Source: Candidatus Woesebacteria bacterium RBG_16_42_24
GTDB taxonomy: Bacteria > Patescibacteriota > Microgenomatia > UBA8517
Direction of reading: 5' to 3'
Length of the DNA stretch: 64,000 nucleotides
NCBI GenBank assembly: GCA_001792115.1
Contig: MGFX01000006.1
Location: 146,537-210,536, forward strand
Shown here: in pieces, positions 26,995 to 35,465 of the stretch
Layout of the letters: every line of letters begins with the position of its first letter
Position numbering within the stretch: the stretch's first letter is position 1
Notes under the pieces: model-generated
What the model was told of the DNA's origin: nothing
What the model saw: only the letters and a program-made list of their open reading frames with translations
The model's database searches: none
Translations under genes and position numbers: made by a program

Positions 26995-27900
26995 ATGATG
27001 AAAAACCTGTCCGGACCCCGAGAGAAGGGTCAAGCTCTTTTGGTAGTACTTCTTTCGATGGCCGTAATTCTAACTGTTGTACTCTCGATTATTTCCCGTT
27101 CTATAACCGATATTTCTCTGACTTCTTATTCAGAAGATGCTTTAAGAGCTTTCTCTGCAGCCGAGGCGGGAGTGGAGCGGGCTTTGATAGTCGGTACAGA
27201 CGTCAGCGAGGCAATTGGAGATGCATCCTTCATAGCAAACGTATCGGGGCTAGGAGAGGGCTCTAGCTTCTTCAATTATCCAGTCGAAATTTACTCTGGG
27301 GAGAGCGTTTATATTTGGTTCGTCTCCCATAATCCGACAACAGGTGCTCTGACTTGTTCGGGACAACCTTGTTTTACGGGAAATAGCGCAGAATTTTGTT
27401 GGGGAAAACCAGGCACGCCTCCTGATGATTCAAGTCCGGCAATAGAGGTTTCTTACTTGATAGATATGTCGCAGAGGGGCGTATTAAATGGAAATTTTGT
27501 AGACGCGCTTATTGGAAGGAGTGTTCATGATCCGAACTCCGGAAGACAATCAATTAACAAGTTTCAATTAGCTCAATCATCTGGGTGTAGTATGCCCGAT
27601 GGTACGAATTACGCTTTCACAAGCGGCAGCATTCCTTTGACGGGTATTCCTTGTTATCAAACTCCCGGGTGTATGCTAGCTGTTAGAGTCCGCTCGCTAT
27701 ACAATCCGGTTTCCAGCCCAAATCCAATAGGGATTAAGGTTGGGGGTGGACTTCTGCCAGCCCAAGGAAAATTAATCAAGTCTCAAGGGACCACTTCTTC
27801 CCAATCTTCGGTCAGGAAAATAGAAGCTTACAGGACATTCGGTGGGCCAGCGCCAATCTTTGACGCGACAGTATTCAGCCAGGGCAGTGTTAGCAAATAA
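26995..27900 (+). CDS. PilX/GspK-like minor pilin
   Basis: 301 aa; N-terminal GQALLVVLLSMAVILTVV hydrophobic segment; large Ser/Gly-rich periplasmic part. Confidence 0.55.
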   Translation: MMKNLSGPREKGQALLVVLLSMAVILTVVLSIISRSITDISLTSYSEDALRAFSAAEAGVERALIVGTDVSEAIGDASFIANVSGLGEGSSFFNYPVEIYSGESVYIWFVSHNPTTGALTCSGQPCFTGNSAEFCWGKPGTPPDDSSPAIEVSYLIDMSQRGVLNGNFVDALIGRSVHDPNSGRQSINKFQLAQSSGCSMPDGTNYAFTSGSIPLTGIPCYQTPGCMLAVRVRSLYNPVSSPNPIGIKVGGGLLPAQGKLIKSQGTTSSQSSVRKIEAYRTFGGPAPIFDATVFSQGSVSK

Positions 27901-27905
27901 TACAA

Positions 27906-28919
27906 ATGAGTGTTGGACTCGATATTGGCTCCAAAACAATCAAAATTGTCGAGCTAGCAAGGGACGCTAGCGGTTTTAAATTGCGTGGTTCGGGTGTAAT
28001 TGGCTATTCAGGCAATCCGCCAGAGCACGCTCAAGACGATAAGGAACTTGGTAGCCTTGCAACCGCTATTAAAAAACTGCATAGAGAGGCCAATATTTCC
28101 TCAAGAGAAATCGCCGTAGCACTTCCCGAACCGCAAGTTTTTACCCGGGCAATAAAATTTCCACCTTTAAATGACCAGGAGGTAGCTTCTGCGGTTAAAT
28201 GGGAGGCCGAACAATATATTCCCATTCCAGTGTCTGAAGCCGTAATTCAGCACCAGATACTGGAAAGAAGAGAAGCCGAGTCTCCCCCTGAAGTTTTGGT
28301 TCTATTGGTAGCCGCTCCGAAGGCGCTCATTGAGAAGTACATCAGAGTAATTGAATTGGCTGGGTTAAATGTGGTTGCGGTTGAAACCGAACTCATGGCA
28401 TTGGTGCGCGCACTCGCTCCACCAGATCAGACTGTGTTACTCGTTGATTTTGGTGCTCGCTCCACAGATATCGCTATAGCTAAAAATGGCCAACTTGCGT
28501 TCACCCGTTCAATTCCCACAGCGGGAGAAGCTTTCACCAGGGCCGTCGCACAGTCACTTGGAGTTCAGGTCGCCCAAGCAGAAGAATATAAAAGAGCCTA
28601 TGGGTTTTCGGAATCACAACTCGAGGGTAAAATTAAGAGCGCCCTCGATCCTGTATTTACAATAATTAATGAGGAAATTAAAAAAGCAATCCACTTCTAT
28701 CAAGCTGAGGAGAAGGGCGAGACTCCAAAGTCAGTAATCGTTTCGGGTGGAAGTTCGGGACTACCGGAAATGATTGGGGCAATGACCAGATCCCTCAATC
28801 TTGAGGTTGTAATCGGAAATCCCTTTGCAAAGGTGCTAGTTGACCCTGCGGTTGCAAAAACGGTAGCTCCTTATGCTCCGCTTTACCCTATTTCAGTAGG
28901 ACTGGCAATGAGGAGATAG
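27906..28919 (+). CDS. pilM: Type IV pilus assembly protein PilM (actin-like ATPase fold)
   Basis: 337 aa; MSVGLDIGSKTIKIVEL N-terminal actin-fold motif. Confidence 0.8.
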   Translation: MSVGLDIGSKTIKIVELARDASGFKLRGSGVIGYSGNPPEHAQDDKELGSLATAIKKLHREANISSREIAVALPEPQVFTRAIKFPPLNDQEVASAVKWEAEQYIPIPVSEAVIQHQILERREAESPPEVLVLLVAAPKALIEKYIRVIELAGLNVVAVETELMALVRALAPPDQTVLLVDFGARSTDIAIAKNGQLAFTRSIPTAGEAFTRAVAQSLGVQVAQAEEYKRAYGFSESQLEGKIKSALDPVFTIINEEIKKAIHFYQAEEKGETPKSVIVSGGSSGLPEMIGAMTRSLNLEVVIGNPFAKVLVDPAVAKTVAPYAPLYPISVGLAMRR

Positions 28920-28922
28920 GCT

Positions 28923-29450
28923 ATGGTCCAAATTAACTTGCTGCCCACCGATTTAGCCCCAAGGCCGTCGGTAATAAGAGTTTCGGGTATTGTCAAAAGG
29001 ATTTTGGTTGTGGGATTTATTATTTTTATTTTGGCGGGGGCAATAGCGGCAGCTTTATATTTGTTTTATTCAAGAGAGCTTTCGGACTCGAAGGCAAAAG
29101 TCAGTGAACTTAAAACAAACATTAAAGCCCTTGAGGTGACAGAGACAAGACTCATTTTGGTTCGGGATAGATTAGAAAAAGCCGGGCTCATTTTGGGGGC
29201 GGAGAGTTCGATGGACGAGGTGGAGTCAGCTGCAAAATTGGTTACAAATTTCCCGCAGGGAGTAATCCTCTCTGACGCAAAATTTCAAAAGGAAACCTCT
29301 GATCTTACGTTAAATTCTCCAAATACAACGGTCCTTAGAGAACTTTTTAAAGTTCTTACGGGAAGCAGTTTATATAAAAACATCGACATGACCTCATTCT
29401 CTTTCTCACCACAAGGAGGTTTTGACATTAAAATCCAACTTATTAAATGA
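28923..29450 (+). CDS. pilN: PilN-like inner-membrane pilus assembly protein
   Basis: 175 aa; short cytoplasmic INLLP start, single TM, coiled coil. Confidence 0.6.
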   Translation: MVQINLLPTDLAPRPSVIRVSGIVKRILVVGFIIFILAGAIAAALYLFYSRELSDSKAKVSELKTNIKALEVTETRLILVRDRLEKAGLILGAESSMDEVESAAKLVTNFPQGVILSDAKFQKETSDLTLNSPNTTVLRELFKVLTGSSLYKNIDMTSFSFSPQGGFDIKIQLIK

Positions 29451-30136
29451 AAATATTTGATCCCGGAAGTATTCTGACAAATGTGAGGGTCCTGATCGGA
29501 CCGACAGCTTTCTTAGGGGCTTTGGTGATTCTTTCAGTTATTGCCCTTAGGGTCGGAGTTTCCCGGGTCGTTTTTCTGCGAACCCAAGTAGCAGAATCCA
29601 AAAATGAAGAAAGACACTTAACCGAGAAGCTCGAAGTTCTTAAGTCTTCTGAGGCAAGTGCCCTACCCCTTGCGGACTTAAGCCTAATTGCAGTGCCTTC
29701 CGATAATCCTGCACTTACAATAATTTCCCAGGTAAAAGCTTTAGCGAGTCAGAAAGGTATTGCTATCACGTCTTTCGAGGCTAAACAGGCTTCTAGCGTA
29801 GAAGAGGATATTTCTAAAACGGAAATTGAACTGGTTCTTGCCGGCGAAATGCGTTCCTTATTAGACTTTTTACAGGCCCTCAAAACTATTTCTCCGCTTG
29901 TAACTTTAGATCAAACGACACTTCGTCAGGAATCAGGGGCAGCAAGAGTAGACGTACTTCTTTTGGGCAATTTTGCTTCCCTGCCGCAAACGCTTCCTTC
30001 GCTATCGTCTCCCTTTAATGAGCTAACCGCCGAGGAAAAGGATATTTTGGCGAAGATTTCGTCTTACTCTCAGCCCCAATTTACCGAGGTTTTACCGTCC
30101 GGGCCTTACGAGAGAACGGACCTCTTTAATTTCTAA
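29447..30136 (+). CDS. pilO: PilO-like inner-membrane pilus assembly protein
   Basis: 229 aa; single N-terminal TM, coiled coil; follows pilM and pilN. Confidence 0.5.
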   Translation: MKIFDPGSILTNVRVLIGPTAFLGALVILSVIALRVGVSRVVFLRTQVAESKNEERHLTEKLEVLKSSEASALPLADLSLIAVPSDNPALTIISQVKALASQKGIAITSFEAKQASSVEEDISKTEIELVLAGEMRSLLDFLQALKTISPLVTLDQTTLRQESGAARVDVLLLGNFASLPQTLPSLSSPFNELTAEEKDILAKISSYSQPQFTEVLPSGPYERTDLFNF

Positions 30137-30366
30137 TCCAGTTCTTCTATCAAGAGGTTAATAGACTTTTTTTCAAGAGTTGCCCTTACCTTAACAAGAT
30201 TTCTTATTGTTTTTATTGTTTTGCCTTCCTTGCCGATTATAAGGCCCATATATTCGGGTTTGGCTCGTATTGTAAAAACAATGAGTGAGTCCTCATTTTT
30301 TTCATCGACCTCAAAATCCTCGTTTCCGGTAATATTTTTTACCAAATAAGAGATTAAATCTTTCAT
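30133..30366 (-). CDS. KH-domain RNA-binding protein (YlqC/UPF0109 family)
   Basis: 77 aa; GLIIGKEGKTIKTIRNLV KH GXXG loop; directly downstream of rpsP. Confidence 0.65.
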   Translation of the reverse strand: MKDLISYLVKNITGNEDFEVDEKNEDSLIVFTIRAKPEYMGLIIGKEGKTIKTIRNLVKVRATLEKKSINLLIEELD

Positions 30367-30593
30367 TTGTGTAATTGAGAAATAAGAGCAGTCACCCCTT
30401 TTGAGAGCTTAGCCCCTTGAGCTTGCCAACTTTTTACTTTTGTAGTATCAATTTTTTTGTAGTCCTTAGAGGGTTGCCAAAATCCCAGAATATCCAAATT
30501 TTTGCCGCCCTTTTTGACTTTTTTGTCGACCACTACAATACGATAAAAGGTCTTTCGTCTGACTCCTACCCGATGTAATTTTATTACCAACAT
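30363..30593 (-). CDS. rpsP: 30S ribosomal protein S16
   Basis: 76 aa; MLVIKLHRVGVRRKTFYRIVV matches bS16. Confidence 0.9.
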   Translation of the reverse strand: MLVIKLHRVGVRRKTFYRIVVVDKKVKKGGKNLDILGFWQPSKDYKKIDTTKVKSWQAQGAKLSKGVTALISQLHK

Positions 30594-30624
30594 AGTAAAA
30601 GATTGTACCTATTTTTCGGCTAAT

Positions 30625-31329
30625 TTACAAGAGAGATTTTAGGGCCATCTCGGCAGCCTTCTGTTCGGCCTCGCTTTTATTTTTACCCTGCCCACTAGCT
30701 AACGCTTGATTCTCAACTACCACTTCAACTATAAAGCTCTTGGCGTGGTCGGGTCCCGATTCATGGGTAACTACGTATCTTGGAGCAGGTTTGCCCTTAG
30801 CCTGAATCAATTCTTGTAGTCTACTTTTTGCGTCTTTCAAGTCGTGTTTCGCCTTTTCTGAAATTTGGGAGAAAAGATGTAACTTAAGAAATTGATAAAC
30901 CTTGATGACTCCTTGGTCGATGTATAAAGCTCCAATTATTGCCTCAACTGTATCCGCAAGGAGCGAGGAATTTTCCCGACCACCCCCCTCTTCCTCCCCC
31001 TTAGAAAGGTAGAGTTTCGCTCCAACTTTTAGTTTTTCGGCAATTCCGGCCAAATTTTGGGTATTTACCAGGTTTGCGCGAAGTGCGGTTAAATACCCTT
31101 CGGGTTTATCGGGATATCGCTCGTAAATCTCTTTTGAGACTAAAAATTCTAAGATTGCGTCTCCCAAGAATTCTAGGCGTTCATTTGAACCTCGAACTTT
31201 TGGGTTTTCGTTGACCCAAGAACGATGTGTCAAGGCTTGAGTCAAGAGCTCTCGGTTAGCAAATAAAGAGCTTAACTCATCCAGGTTTTTCATTTTATTT
31301 GATTTCTTCGTGAGAGGAGAGAGCTTCAA
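30625..31329 (-). CDS. rnc: Ribonuclease III
   Basis: 234 aa; ERLEFLGDAILEFLVS RNase III signature plus C-terminal dsRBD. Confidence 0.9.
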   Translation of the reverse strand: MKLSPLTKKSNKMKNLDELSSLFANRELLTQALTHRSWVNENPKVRGSNERLEFLGDAILEFLVSKEIYERYPDKPEGYLTALRANLVNTQNLAGIAEKLKVGAKLYLSKGEEEGGGRENSSLLADTVEAIIGALYIDQGVIKVYQFLKLHLFSQISEKAKHDLKDAKSRLQELIQAKGKPAPRYVVTHESGPDHAKSFIVEVVVENQALASGQGKNKSEAEQKAAEMALKSLL

Positions 31330-31543
31330 TTAAATCCCCTACGGTTTCTAGTTCGGTAAAATCAAGATGAGTAGTATTAAATCCTTCTTTTTCCAGCAAA
31401 TGGGTGAAATCTGTCAAATCTGTAGGAGTCATATGCAGGTCTTCGCTAAAAAAATCCTCTTCGTCTATATCCTCTGGCTCAACTCCTATATGGGAAGACA
31501 AGAGTTCCTTAATTTTGGTTTTACTGTCGGATACCTCATCCAT
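31295..31543 (-). CDS. Acyl-carrier-protein-like small acidic protein (non-canonical: DSL serine replaced)
   Basis: About 82 aa from the internal Met; ACP-like helix pattern EDLHMTPTDLTDFTHLLE where ACP has EDLGADSLDTVELVMALE. Confidence 0.4.
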   Translation of the reverse strand: MDEVSDSKTKIKELLSSHIGVEPEDIDEEDFFSEDLHMTPTDLTDFTHLLEKEGFNTTHLDFTELETVGDLIEALSSHEEIK

Positions 31544-31910
31544 CGGATTTTTTCTCCTTTTCAATATTAGAATAAATAGTACCCAATACGCCATTTACGA
31601 ATGCGGCCGAGGATTCAGCGCCGAACTCCTTGGCCAGCTCAACCGCTTCGTCAATTACCACTTTTGGAGGCGTATTTTCGTTTTCCATTTCATAGATTGC
31701 GAGTCTTAAAATTGCCAGGTCGATTCGATTTAACTTGTCGACCGGCCAAGCAGTTGCGGCTTTCTCGATCTTATTATCAATTTTTGGAAGTTTTGCGACG
31801 ACGTTCTTGGCCATTTGATTTAAATTTGGCTGGTGAGTAAAGTCTTCTGCAAAAAGATATTTAAGCGTCTCTCTTCTTTTGAGGTGGCGGGGGTCGAAGG
31901 CAGTCTTCAT
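31536..31910 (-). CDS. nusB: Transcription antitermination factor NusB
   Basis: 124 aa; NusB fold residues (RRETLKYLFAED..., DLAILRLAIYEM). Confidence 0.8.
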   Translation of the reverse strand: MKTAFDPRHLKRRETLKYLFAEDFTHQPNLNQMAKNVVAKLPKIDNKIEKAATAWPVDKLNRIDLAILRLAIYEMENENTPPKVVIDEAVELAKEFGAESSAAFVNGVLGTIYSNIEKEKKSDG

Positions 31911-32062
31911 TTATAGAATCCACAGTATGGGCAAGCCCTGTGAGGCTCTTTAAGTTTTTTACAGTTTGGACAGGGTGTTAGATTTGGGAGCCTAAAGACT
32001 TTTTTACCTTGCCTTCTTCCGGACCTACCCTTCGTACTTTTCTTTTTTGGTACTGGTGCCAT
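31907..32062 (-). CDS. rpmF: 50S ribosomal protein L32 (start placed at MAPVPKKK)
   Basis: PVPKKKSTKGRSGRR...CPNC...CPYCGFYK zinc-ribbon bL32. Confidence 0.8.
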   Translation of the reverse strand: MAPVPKKKSTKGRSGRRQGKKVFRLPNLTPCPNCKKLKEPHRACPYCGFYK

Positions 32063-32125
32063 ATTTATCTCTAGTAACTCACGCACAATTTTAACCGAAG
32101 GCAACCATACTTGGCAACCACCAGA

Positions 32126-34147
32126 TTAGTTTGGGGCGATTCCTTTGTCTTTTAGCATTTTAGTTAGTTCTGGATAATCGTTGGGGTTTTGAGAGATAGC
32201 AAGGGCAACCTCTTTTGCCTTTTTAATGAGTTTGCTATCTTGCCAAGAAGCTATTTTTAGGTTAAGAAAACCACTTTGTTTTACCCCAAAGACTTCACCC
32301 GGGCCACGAAGTTTAAGATCCAACTCCGCCAGTTCAAAACCGGATAAAGGTCTAGTCAATGCATTTAGGCGTGTTGCGACGTTTCTTCCCGTATTTTGGG
32401 CAAAAATTAGACAATAAGACTTTTGAAAGCTTCTGCCGACCCTACCACGTAGCTGATGAAGTTGAGCCAACCCAAATCGCTCTGCTCCTTCTATGACCAT
32501 AACAGCCGCGTTTGGAATGTCTATTCCAACTTCAACAACAGGGGTTGCAACCAATACTTGTGTAAAGTTTCTGGTAAAATTTTCTATAGCCAGATTCTTA
32601 TCCTTAAGAGACATTTTGCCGTGAATTAAGCCCAATTTGACTTTGGGCATTAATTTTTGAAGGTTATCAAACTCCTTGGTCGCTGCCTTAACTTGGACAA
32701 AAGTTTCGACTTGCGATTCTTCAATTAGGGGGCAAATAACAAAAGCTTGTACTTTATCTTTTAGAATCTTTTCTTCCATCCATCCATAAGCAGCTTCGCG
32801 CTTTTTGAGCGGAACAATCCAGGTGGTTATTTTTTTGCGTCCGATTGGTAATTCACGCAAGGCGCTTAAATCAAGGTCTCCATAAACAGTCAGGGCGACG
32901 GTTCGTGGAATGGGTGTAGCAGTCATGGTGAGAACATGAGGCGAGATTTTTCTACTCCCAACCTTTCGGATTAAATGTGCTCTTTGCTCGACGCCGAACC
33001 TATGTTGTTCATCAATTACAACTAAGGCGACCTTGTCAAAATCAACTTTTCGGTGAATTAAAGCATGTGTGCCAACGAAAACGTCTGTTTTACCAATGTC
33101 TTTTTTAATTCCTTCGGATGTAACCAACGTAACCCTGACTTTATAGGGAGAGAATAACTTACTTAGTGTTTCGTAATGTTGTTGAGCAAGAATTTGAGTC
33201 GGAGCCATAAAAACAGACTGATAGCCGTTTGAGAAAGAAACAAATGATGCCAAAGCCGCGACCACGGTTTTGCCGCTCCCGACATCTCCCTCAAGAATCC
33301 TATTCATGGGAAAGTCGTTTGTAAGATCCTGTAAAATCTCTTCAGTTGCTTTAGTTTGCGAGGATGTGAGAGTAAAAGGTAGCGAGCTTGCGAATGCCTC
33401 CACTTCTTTTTGATCGACAATTAGTTTATATGCAGCTTCGTTTTTTAACCATTCCTCTTTACGATAAAGACTCGAAAGTTGAAGAAAAAGTAATTCGTTA
33501 AAGGAAAGTCGGAGCTTTCCTTTTTGAGCATCCTCCAAACTTTTGGGGAAATGAACCGCTTCAATCGATTGAGCTAAAGAAAGAAAACCAAAGGAATTAA
33601 GAAGTTTCTGGGGCAAAAATTCTTCAAATCCTTGTTTTATAAGAGGGTAAGCTAGCGCAATCTTTGTTCGTAACCATTTTGACGAGACTCCAGCAGTTTC
33701 GTGATAAATGGGGATGAGTCTTCCGGTATGAACTCCGGGAGCGGTCTTTGCAATCTCATATTCTGGAGAGATTAAGGTCTTTTTCCTTGAAAACCACCCT
33801 ATTTTCCCGGCCAGAAGAACCATTGTTCCTTCAGGCAGATTCTTAACTAAAAAGGGTTGGTTGAACCAGACAACATCAATTGTCCCCGTCCTATCCTGGA
33901 CTTTAGCCAATTGAAGCTTCCTGCCCCATTTGGTGTAGATATTTTTGATTGAAATTATTTCGCCTCCGACTGTGGCCAGCTCATCGGGGATGAGAGATGA
34001 AATTTTCTTTGTGTTTCTAAAGTCTAAATATCTAAAAGGCACATGCAGGAGAAGATCCTCGATTGTGAATATCTCGAGCTTTTCTAAGCGTCTAGTGTAT
34101 GCAGGGCCGACTGAAGGTAACGAAATAATCGCTGACGTAAGTTTCAT
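32126..34147 (-). CDS. recG: ATP-dependent DNA helicase RecG
   Basis: 673 aa; wedge/OB N-terminal domain, GDVGSGKT Walker A, DEQHRFGV, QLRGRVGR. Confidence 0.9.
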   Translation of the reverse strand: MKLTSAIISLPSVGPAYTRRLEKLEIFTIEDLLLHVPFRYLDFRNTKKISSLIPDELATVGGEIISIKNIYTKWGRKLQLAKVQDRTGTIDVVWFNQPFLVKNLPEGTMVLLAGKIGWFSRKKTLISPEYEIAKTAPGVHTGRLIPIYHETAGVSSKWLRTKIALAYPLIKQGFEEFLPQKLLNSFGFLSLAQSIEAVHFPKSLEDAQKGKLRLSFNELLFLQLSSLYRKEEWLKNEAAYKLIVDQKEVEAFASSLPFTLTSSQTKATEEILQDLTNDFPMNRILEGDVGSGKTVVAALASFVSFSNGYQSVFMAPTQILAQQHYETLSKLFSPYKVRVTLVTSEGIKKDIGKTDVFVGTHALIHRKVDFDKVALVVIDEQHRFGVEQRAHLIRKVGSRKISPHVLTMTATPIPRTVALTVYGDLDLSALRELPIGRKKITTWIVPLKKREAAYGWMEEKILKDKVQAFVICPLIEESQVETFVQVKAATKEFDNLQKLMPKVKLGLIHGKMSLKDKNLAIENFTRNFTQVLVATPVVEVGIDIPNAAVMVIEGAERFGLAQLHQLRGRVGRSFQKSYCLIFAQNTGRNVATRLNALTRPLSGFELAELDLKLRGPGEVFGVKQSGFLNLKIASWQDSKLIKKAKEVALAISQNPNDYPELTKMLKDKGIAPN

Positions 34148-34276
34148 TATTTAGAACAATGATACTACAATCTAGAAAGCGCTTAAGAAGGGAATAATCG
34201 AGGTAAATATTAGAGCCAAGCTGGCTATAACCACCAAAATGACAAATAATTTCCTTTGTTTATTAGAAAGTAGCAT

Positions 34277-35425
34277 TTATTTAACTTTAAGAAAATTTTT
34301 TTTGCCGACTTTGATTTCATCTCCAGATTTTGGTTTATAGTTAGTATCTTTTATCACTTTTCCACCAATTTCTACCGCCCCCGCGTCGATGAGCCTTTTT
34401 GCATCGCTAATACTTGCGAGAGAGGTATATGGCGCAATTGTTAAAGCCAGGGTACCCCTTGTATCAACTTCTGTATTATATTTTGGTTTTCTCTCTTGAA
34501 ATGTTGTTTCGAAATATTCTTGACTAGGTTCAACCGAGTCGTTGCCCCAAAGCATATCTACTATTTCCGAAGCAAGACGTTTTTTCTCTCCCATTGGATC
34601 TTTTCTTATTTTCTCTTCAAGACCCACTAAATCTTCTTCCGTAAGAAGCTCAAACCCGGGCAGAATTGTTTCGTCCGGGAAAGATAAGATACCTGCATAG
34701 AAATTTTCGGGAGTGGAATCCAAAAATAGTGCGTTTCCTGTTGTTTTCCCAACCTTATTCCCATCTTTATCTACGAGCAGTTTTGTCGCTAATACATATT
34801 TTTCTCTACCTTTGAAGGTTTTTAAAAGAGTTCTTCCCGCAAGCATGTTAAAAATTTGGTCAGATCCCCCAACTTCAAGGTCAACCTCCATTTCCAGAGA
34901 GTCGATTCCTTGGGCTATCGGGTAGAGAAACTCGCTCAAATAGATTGGCTCATTTTTCTTGAGTCTTAAGTCAAACATGTCCCTTTCTATCATCTGTTGC
35001 ACAGTGAAGTTTGAGGCTATATCTATGAGGTCTTTAAATGTCTTTTTGTCGTTCCATTCGGAGTTGTAGAGTATCTTTGCAGGATTTTCTCCTCCAAAAT
35101 CTAACACTTTCGAGATTTGTTCTTTCCATTTTTCGGTGTTTTTGATTACCTCTTCCCGATTTAGTTTTTTTCTTGCAATGAGCTTGTCGGAAGGGTCCCC
35201 AATCATTCCTGTGAAATCCCCGATAAGAAAAATTACCTCGTGGCCAAGTTTTTGGAATTGTCTAAGTTTAAATAGACCTACCAGGTTTCCCAGGTGGAGG
35301 GATGGCATAGAGGGGTCGAAACCTTGGTAGAGCTTGATTTTGCGAGAGGACATTAACTTAATAAGTCCATCCCGTGAAGGTAGAATTTCGGCAACTCCCC
35401 TGGTTAAAACTTGATCAATGTCCAT
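34277..35425 (-). CDS. tyrS: Tyrosine--tRNA ligase (with C-terminal S4 domain)
   Basis: 382 aa; HLGN (HIGH) and KVGKT (KMSKS) motifs, GFDPSMPSLHLG. Confidence 0.9.
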   Translation of the reverse strand: MDIDQVLTRGVAEILPSRDGLIKLMSSRKIKLYQGFDPSMPSLHLGNLVGLFKLRQFQKLGHEVIFLIGDFTGMIGDPSDKLIARKKLNREEVIKNTEKWKEQISKVLDFGGENPAKILYNSEWNDKKTFKDLIDIASNFTVQQMIERDMFDLRLKKNEPIYLSEFLYPIAQGIDSLEMEVDLEVGGSDQIFNMLAGRTLLKTFKGREKYVLATKLLVDKDGNKVGKTTGNALFLDSTPENFYAGILSFPDETILPGFELLTEEDLVGLEEKIRKDPMGEKKRLASEIVDMLWGNDSVEPSQEYFETTFQERKPKYNTEVDTRGTLALTIAPYTSLASISDAKRLIDAGAVEIGGKVIKDTNYKPKSGDEIKVGKKNFLKVK

Positions 35426-35465
35426 TTATACCTATTTTAGGCATACTTTGCTACAATGACAAGTA

